Shown here: piece after piece, positions 60,307-64,000 of the stretch | Position numbering within the stretch: position 1 is the first letter of the stretch | Layout: every line of letters starts with the position of its first letter | DNA from: Candidatus Eiseniibacteriota bacterium | GTDB taxonomy: Bacteria > Eisenbacteria > RBG-16-71-46 > CAIMUX01 > VGJL01 | Direction of reading: 5' to 3' | Length of the DNA: 64,000 nucleotides | Assembly: GCA_041946735.1 (NCBI GenBank) | Contig: JBHGAY010000003.1 | Span: 128,001-192,000 of the forward strand | Made by a program: the position numbers and the translations under genes | Notes under the pieces: generated by a model | The model's input: the letters and a program-made list of their open reading frames with translations, nothing else | Databases searched by the model: none | What the model was told of the DNA's origin: nothing

Positions 60307-60349
60307 TCTCCGCGGCGATACCGCCCCGTGAAGGATCGAGGAATCCCTG

Positions 60350-61387
60350 ATGCCGGCGAAGAGAGCGCAATCGAAGACGGGAAGAGACGCGGGCGCCGCC
60401 CGGGCGTCGCGCGCGAGAGCGAAGAGCAAGCCGGCGCGTGCTCGCAAGACAACAGCGAGTCGTGCCGGTTCGCGGCGCGATCCCGAGAGGCTGCGCAAGC
60501 CGCCGCGCCGGGCCGGCAAGTCGTCCCGGGAGACAACGGCATCGAAGGCGGCGGCGGGAGTCGACCGGGCCGCCGCTGTTCGCCTCGACGAAAATCCGGA
60601 GGAGTCGACGGCGCCGCGGCCGATCTGGTCCGGGGCGATCAGCTTCGGCCTGGTCAACGTCCCGGTGAACCTGTTCCCGGCATTGCGCCCTCACGGCGTG
60701 CACCTGCGCATGCTCGATCCCTCCGGGACGCCACTCAATCGCCGCTACGTCTCCTCGAACAGTGGCGAGCCGATCGATCCGGATCATATCGTGAGGGGCT
60801 ACGAGGTCGAGAAGGGGAAGTTCGTGCTCGTCAGCGACGAGGAGCTCGAGGCTCTCGAGCCGCAGCGATCGCGCGAGATCGATCTCCGCCGCTTCGTCGA
60901 CGTCTCGACGATCCCGCCCTACTACTTCGAGCGTCCGTACTTCCTGACTCCGGCCGGCCGCAGCAACAAGGCGTACCGCCTCCTTGCGGCGGTGATGGAG
61001 AAGGAGGGAAAGGCAGGCCTCGCCACCTTCGTGATGCGGGAGAAGGAGTATCTCGTCGCGATCCTCTCGGACGGCGGGATCCTGCGCGCTCAGACGCTGC
61101 GTTTCGCGGACGAGATCCGCCGCCCGCAGGATGTTGGCCTTCCGGAGCGGAAGCCGGCGCGGGCGAAGCAGGTCGCGAAGATCGGAAAGACGATCCGCGA
61201 CCGCACGAAGTCGCGACTTGCCCGGGAGGATCTGGGCGACGACGTCACCGCCAAGCTCGAGAAGCTGATCGAGAAGAAGGTCGCACAGGGACGCGACATC
61301 GTGACGCTCGAGGCGACACCGGAGTCGAAGGCGGAGTTCGTCGATCTGATGGAGGTCCTGAAGCAGCGGATGCGGGGAGCGGCGTGA
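60350..61387 (+). CDS. ku: Ku protein (NHEJ), copy 2, with basic N-terminal extension
   Basis: RPIWSGAISFGLVNVPV; RGYE; ERPYFL.P; KAYRLL; TLRFADE; VDLMEVLK. Confidence 0.92.
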   Translation: MPAKRAQSKTGRDAGAARASRARAKSKPARARKTTASRAGSRRDPERLRKPPRRAGKSSRETTASKAAAGVDRAAAVRLDENPEESTAPRPIWSGAISFGLVNVPVNLFPALRPHGVHLRMLDPSGTPLNRRYVSSNSGEPIDPDHIVRGYEVEKGKFVLVSDEELEALEPQRSREIDLRRFVDVSTIPPYYFERPYFLTPAGRSNKAYRLLAAVMEKEGKAGLATFVMREKEYLVAILSDGGILRAQTLRFADEIRRPQDVGLPERKPARAKQVAKIGKTIRDRTKSRLAREDLGDDVTAKLEKLIEKKVAQGRDIVTLEATPESKAEFVDLMEVLKQRMRGAA

Positions 61388-61390
61388 GGC

Positions 61391-62776
61391 TCATCGCAAG
61401 CGGTAGCCTCGAATCTTCCGCCAGAGCGTCTTCCTGTCGATCCCAAGCAGCGCCGAGGCGCGCCCGAGACGCCAGCCCGTCAAGTCCAGCACCTTGAGGA
61501 TGTGCTGCGACTCGAGGGTGGCCAGCCGCAGATCGCTCGCGTCCCCGCCGTCCGTCTCGGTGGCCGGCGCCCCTCCCCGCATGAAGTGGAGATCCTCCGA
61601 TCGGATCTCCGGCCCCTGGGCGAGCACGAGGGCACGCTCGAGCGTGTTCTCCAGCTCTCGAACGTTGCCGGGCCAGTTGTAGGCCTGCAACGTTTCGATG
61701 CACTCCGCCGACAGTCGTTTCAGCTCGAGCAGTTTGCGCTCGCACAACCGCCGGACGAGAACCGTAGCTAGGGACGGAATGTCTTCTCGCCGGTCGCGCA
61801 ACGGCGGCACCTCGATCAGCACCACGCTCAGCCGGTAGAACAGATCCTCGCGAAAGCCGCCGGCGGCCATCGCCGCGCGCAGATCGCGGTTCGTCGCGGC
61901 GAGAATCCGCACGTCGACATGCACCGGCTCGCTCCCCCCCACCTTCGTGACCTCGCGCTCCTGGATCACCCGCAGGAGCTTCGTCTGGATCGTGGGCGTG
62001 AGGTTGCCGATCTCGTCGAGGAAGATGGTCCCGCCATGCGCCAGCTCGAAACGGCCGGGACGTGTCGACACGGCTCCCGTGAAGGAGCCGCGGACATGGC
62101 CGAACAGCTCGCTCTCGAAGAGCGTCTCGACGATCGCGCCGCAATCGACCGTCAGGAACGGCTTCTCGCGCCGCGCGCTCGCCCGATGGATGGAGCGCGC
62201 CACCAGCTCCTTGCCCGTTCCGCTCTCGCCGAGGATCAGGACGGTGGCGTCGGTCTGCGCGACGCGCTCGACCCATCCTCGGAGCTGCTCGATCGCTCGG
62301 CTCTCGCCGGTCAAGACCTCGGCATGCGCTTCCTCGCGGATTTGCTCCTTGAGCGCCCGGTTCTCGAGCGAGAGCGCCCGCTTCTCCAGCGCCCGGCCGA
62401 CCACGAGCCGGAGGGAGTCGGCGTCGAACGGCTTCGGCAGGTAGTCGTACGCTCCGAGGCGCATGCACTCCACCGCCGATCCGACGCTCGAATATCCCGT
62501 GATGACGATGACGTCGAGGTCGGGAGCGTCGCGATGGAGCCGTTCGAGCAGCGTCATTCCGTCCATGCCCGGCATCTTCAGATCGAGGAGGACGAGATCG
62601 AGCCGGTCGTGCTGGACCTTGCGCAATGCTTCGAGGCCGTCGCGCGCCGTCTCGACCCTGTAGTTCGAGCGTTCCAGCGCCTGCCGGCAGGAATCCCGGA
62701 TCCCCTCTTCGTCGTCGACGACGAGGATCGTTCGCTGCGGCTCCATTCCTCCTCCTTCGGGTAGCCGAGCGCTCAT
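61391..62776 (-). CDS. Sigma54-dependent response regulator (NtrC/AtoC family)
   Basis: Receiver (VVDDE, LLDLKMP), GESGTGKE, ESELFGH.RGSFTGA, WPGNVRELEN, Fis-type HTH. Confidence 0.95.
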   Translation of the reverse strand: MSARLPEGGGMEPQRTILVVDDEEGIRDSCRQALERSNYRVETARDGLEALRKVQHDRLDLVLLDLKMPGMDGMTLLERLHRDAPDLDVIVITGYSSVGSAVECMRLGAYDYLPKPFDADSLRLVVGRALEKRALSLENRALKEQIREEAHAEVLTGESRAIEQLRGWVERVAQTDATVLILGESGTGKELVARSIHRASARREKPFLTVDCGAIVETLFESELFGHVRGSFTGAVSTRPGRFELAHGGTIFLDEIGNLTPTIQTKLLRVIQEREVTKVGGSEPVHVDVRILAATNRDLRAAMAAGGFREDLFYRLSVVLIEVPPLRDRREDIPSLATVLVRRLCERKLLELKRLSAECIETLQAYNWPGNVRELENTLERALVLAQGPEIRSEDLHFMRGGAPATETDGGDASDLRLATLESQHILKVLDLTGWRLGRASALLGIDRKTLWRKIRGYRLR

Positions 62777-63843
62777 ACCGGCGCGACGTCCGGCTCGACG
62801 GGGAGCAGGACGCGGAAGGTCGTCCCGCTTCCGGCGGTCGACTGCGCCTCGATCTCCCCACCATGTTGCCGGACGATTCCGTAGCTGATCGAAAGTCCGA
62901 GGCCGACGCCCTCGCCGACCTCCTTCGTCGTGAAGAACGGCTCGAACACCCGAGGCAGATGCTCCTCGGGAATCCCGACTCCGGTGTCGGTGAACGCGAC
63001 GCGGCAGAATCCGTCACGCTCCGAGAAGCCGCTGCGGATCGTGAGCGTCCCGCCATGAGCGCGCATCGCGTCGAGGGCGTTCATCAGGACGTTCAAGAAC
63101 ACCTGCTGGATTTTCTGGACGTCGATCCGCACCCATAGAGGGACCGGGCTGAGCTCCTTGCGGAGCTGGACGTTTCGCCATCCCGGATGGCGTTCGACGA
63201 GCGCGAGCGACTCGACGAGGACCTGGTTCAGATCGACCCGCTCGATGCGAGGCGGGTTCTGCCGCGCGAAGTCGAGCAGGCCGCGGACGATCTCCTTCGC
63301 CCGGCTAGCCTGCCCGACGATCTTCTTCATGTTCTCGTAGCGTGGATCGTCGGGCTGGGTCGATTCGACGAGGAGATTGCCGTAGAGGAGGATGCCGCCG
63401 ATCGGATTGTTGATCTCGTGCGCGACGCCGGCCGCGAGCTGCCCGACCGTGGCGAGCTTCTCGGACTGCTGCAAGCGCTCCGCCGCGCGGAGGCGAGCTG
63501 TTTCGTCCCGCACCTGGAGCGAGGAAGCCATGCGGTTCAAGGCGGCGGCAAGCGGGCCGAGGCGCGCGAGGCGGGGACCGTCGATACGGTACTCCAGCTC
63601 ACCGCGACCCCAGCGACTCGCAGCGCGGATGAGCGGCTCGTCGGACACCACGGCGGCTCGACGGAGCAGCAACACCGGCAGGGCGCAGGCCACCGCGGCG
63701 AGCCCAGCGGCGCAGAGCCACCCTGCCGGATGCCCGCGAAGGAAGGGGGAGAGGATCCACGCCAGCAGCACGAGGACCACCGGCGGGAGCAGGAGCGCTC
63801 CCCAGGTCCTTGCCGAAATGCGCGAACCGAGCGGCCCATCCAT
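62773..63843 (-). CDS. Sensor histidine kinase (HAMP, NtrB-like)
   Basis: Two TM helices; GVAHEINNP; QVFLN..NA.DA; DTG.GI; FEPFFTTK; G.GLGL. Confidence 0.93.
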   Translation of the reverse strand: MDGPLGSRISARTWGALLLPPVVLVLLAWILSPFLRGHPAGWLCAAGLAAVACALPVLLLRRAAVVSDEPLIRAASRWGRGELEYRIDGPRLARLGPLAAALNRMASSLQVRDETARLRAAERLQQSEKLATVGQLAAGVAHEINNPIGGILLYGNLLVESTQPDDPRYENMKKIVGQASRAKEIVRGLLDFARQNPPRIERVDLNQVLVESLALVERHPGWRNVQLRKELSPVPLWVRIDVQKIQQVFLNVLMNALDAMRAHGGTLTIRSGFSERDGFCRVAFTDTGVGIPEEHLPRVFEPFFTTKEVGEGVGLGLSISYGIVRQHGGEIEAQSTAGSGTTFRVLLPVEPDVAPV

Positions 63844-64000
63844 GTTCGGCCACCTCCGCCCGTATTCGGGGCGGGCGAAATGGAGTCACGCAACGCCCCC
63901 GGCATCCCGCCCCCGATCGAGCGTAAGCCATTGTAGCGTGCTGCGGGGCGGCGGGACAGGGGGCTGGATGAGGCTCGGGTGTGTACGCCCCCTCAGTCCC

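Overview
High-GC bacterial window with about 45 protein-coding genes. I see no rRNA, tRNA, CRISPR array or transposase. The content suggests a diderm anaerobe of the Eisenbacteria/Krumholzibacteria/Latescibacteria type (inference only). The main blocks are: (1) an ECF-sigma / Ser-Thr kinase-STAND ATPase / TonB receptor operon whose kinase ends in a dirigent/allene-oxide-cyclase-like beta-barrel resembling two divergently encoded secreted proteins; (2) many secreted proteins with three kinds of C-terminal tag: FlgD-Ig/T9SS-like CTD (5), PEP-CTERM (1), and a fixed-length 17-aa 'P..[ST]WG.[IVL][KR]..[YF]R-stop' motif (7); (3) an ABC transporter, an RND efflux pump and a GntR/M1 peptidase pair; (4) a 10.4-kb hdrCB-hdrA(N)-nuoEF-[FeS::hdrA(C)]-mvhDGA-protease operon in which HdrA is split by a HydABC-like NADH module; (5) a zinc-finger gene with two tandem Ku genes; (6) an NtrB/NtrC-type two-component system. 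All calls come from reading motifs by eye; no database searches were run.
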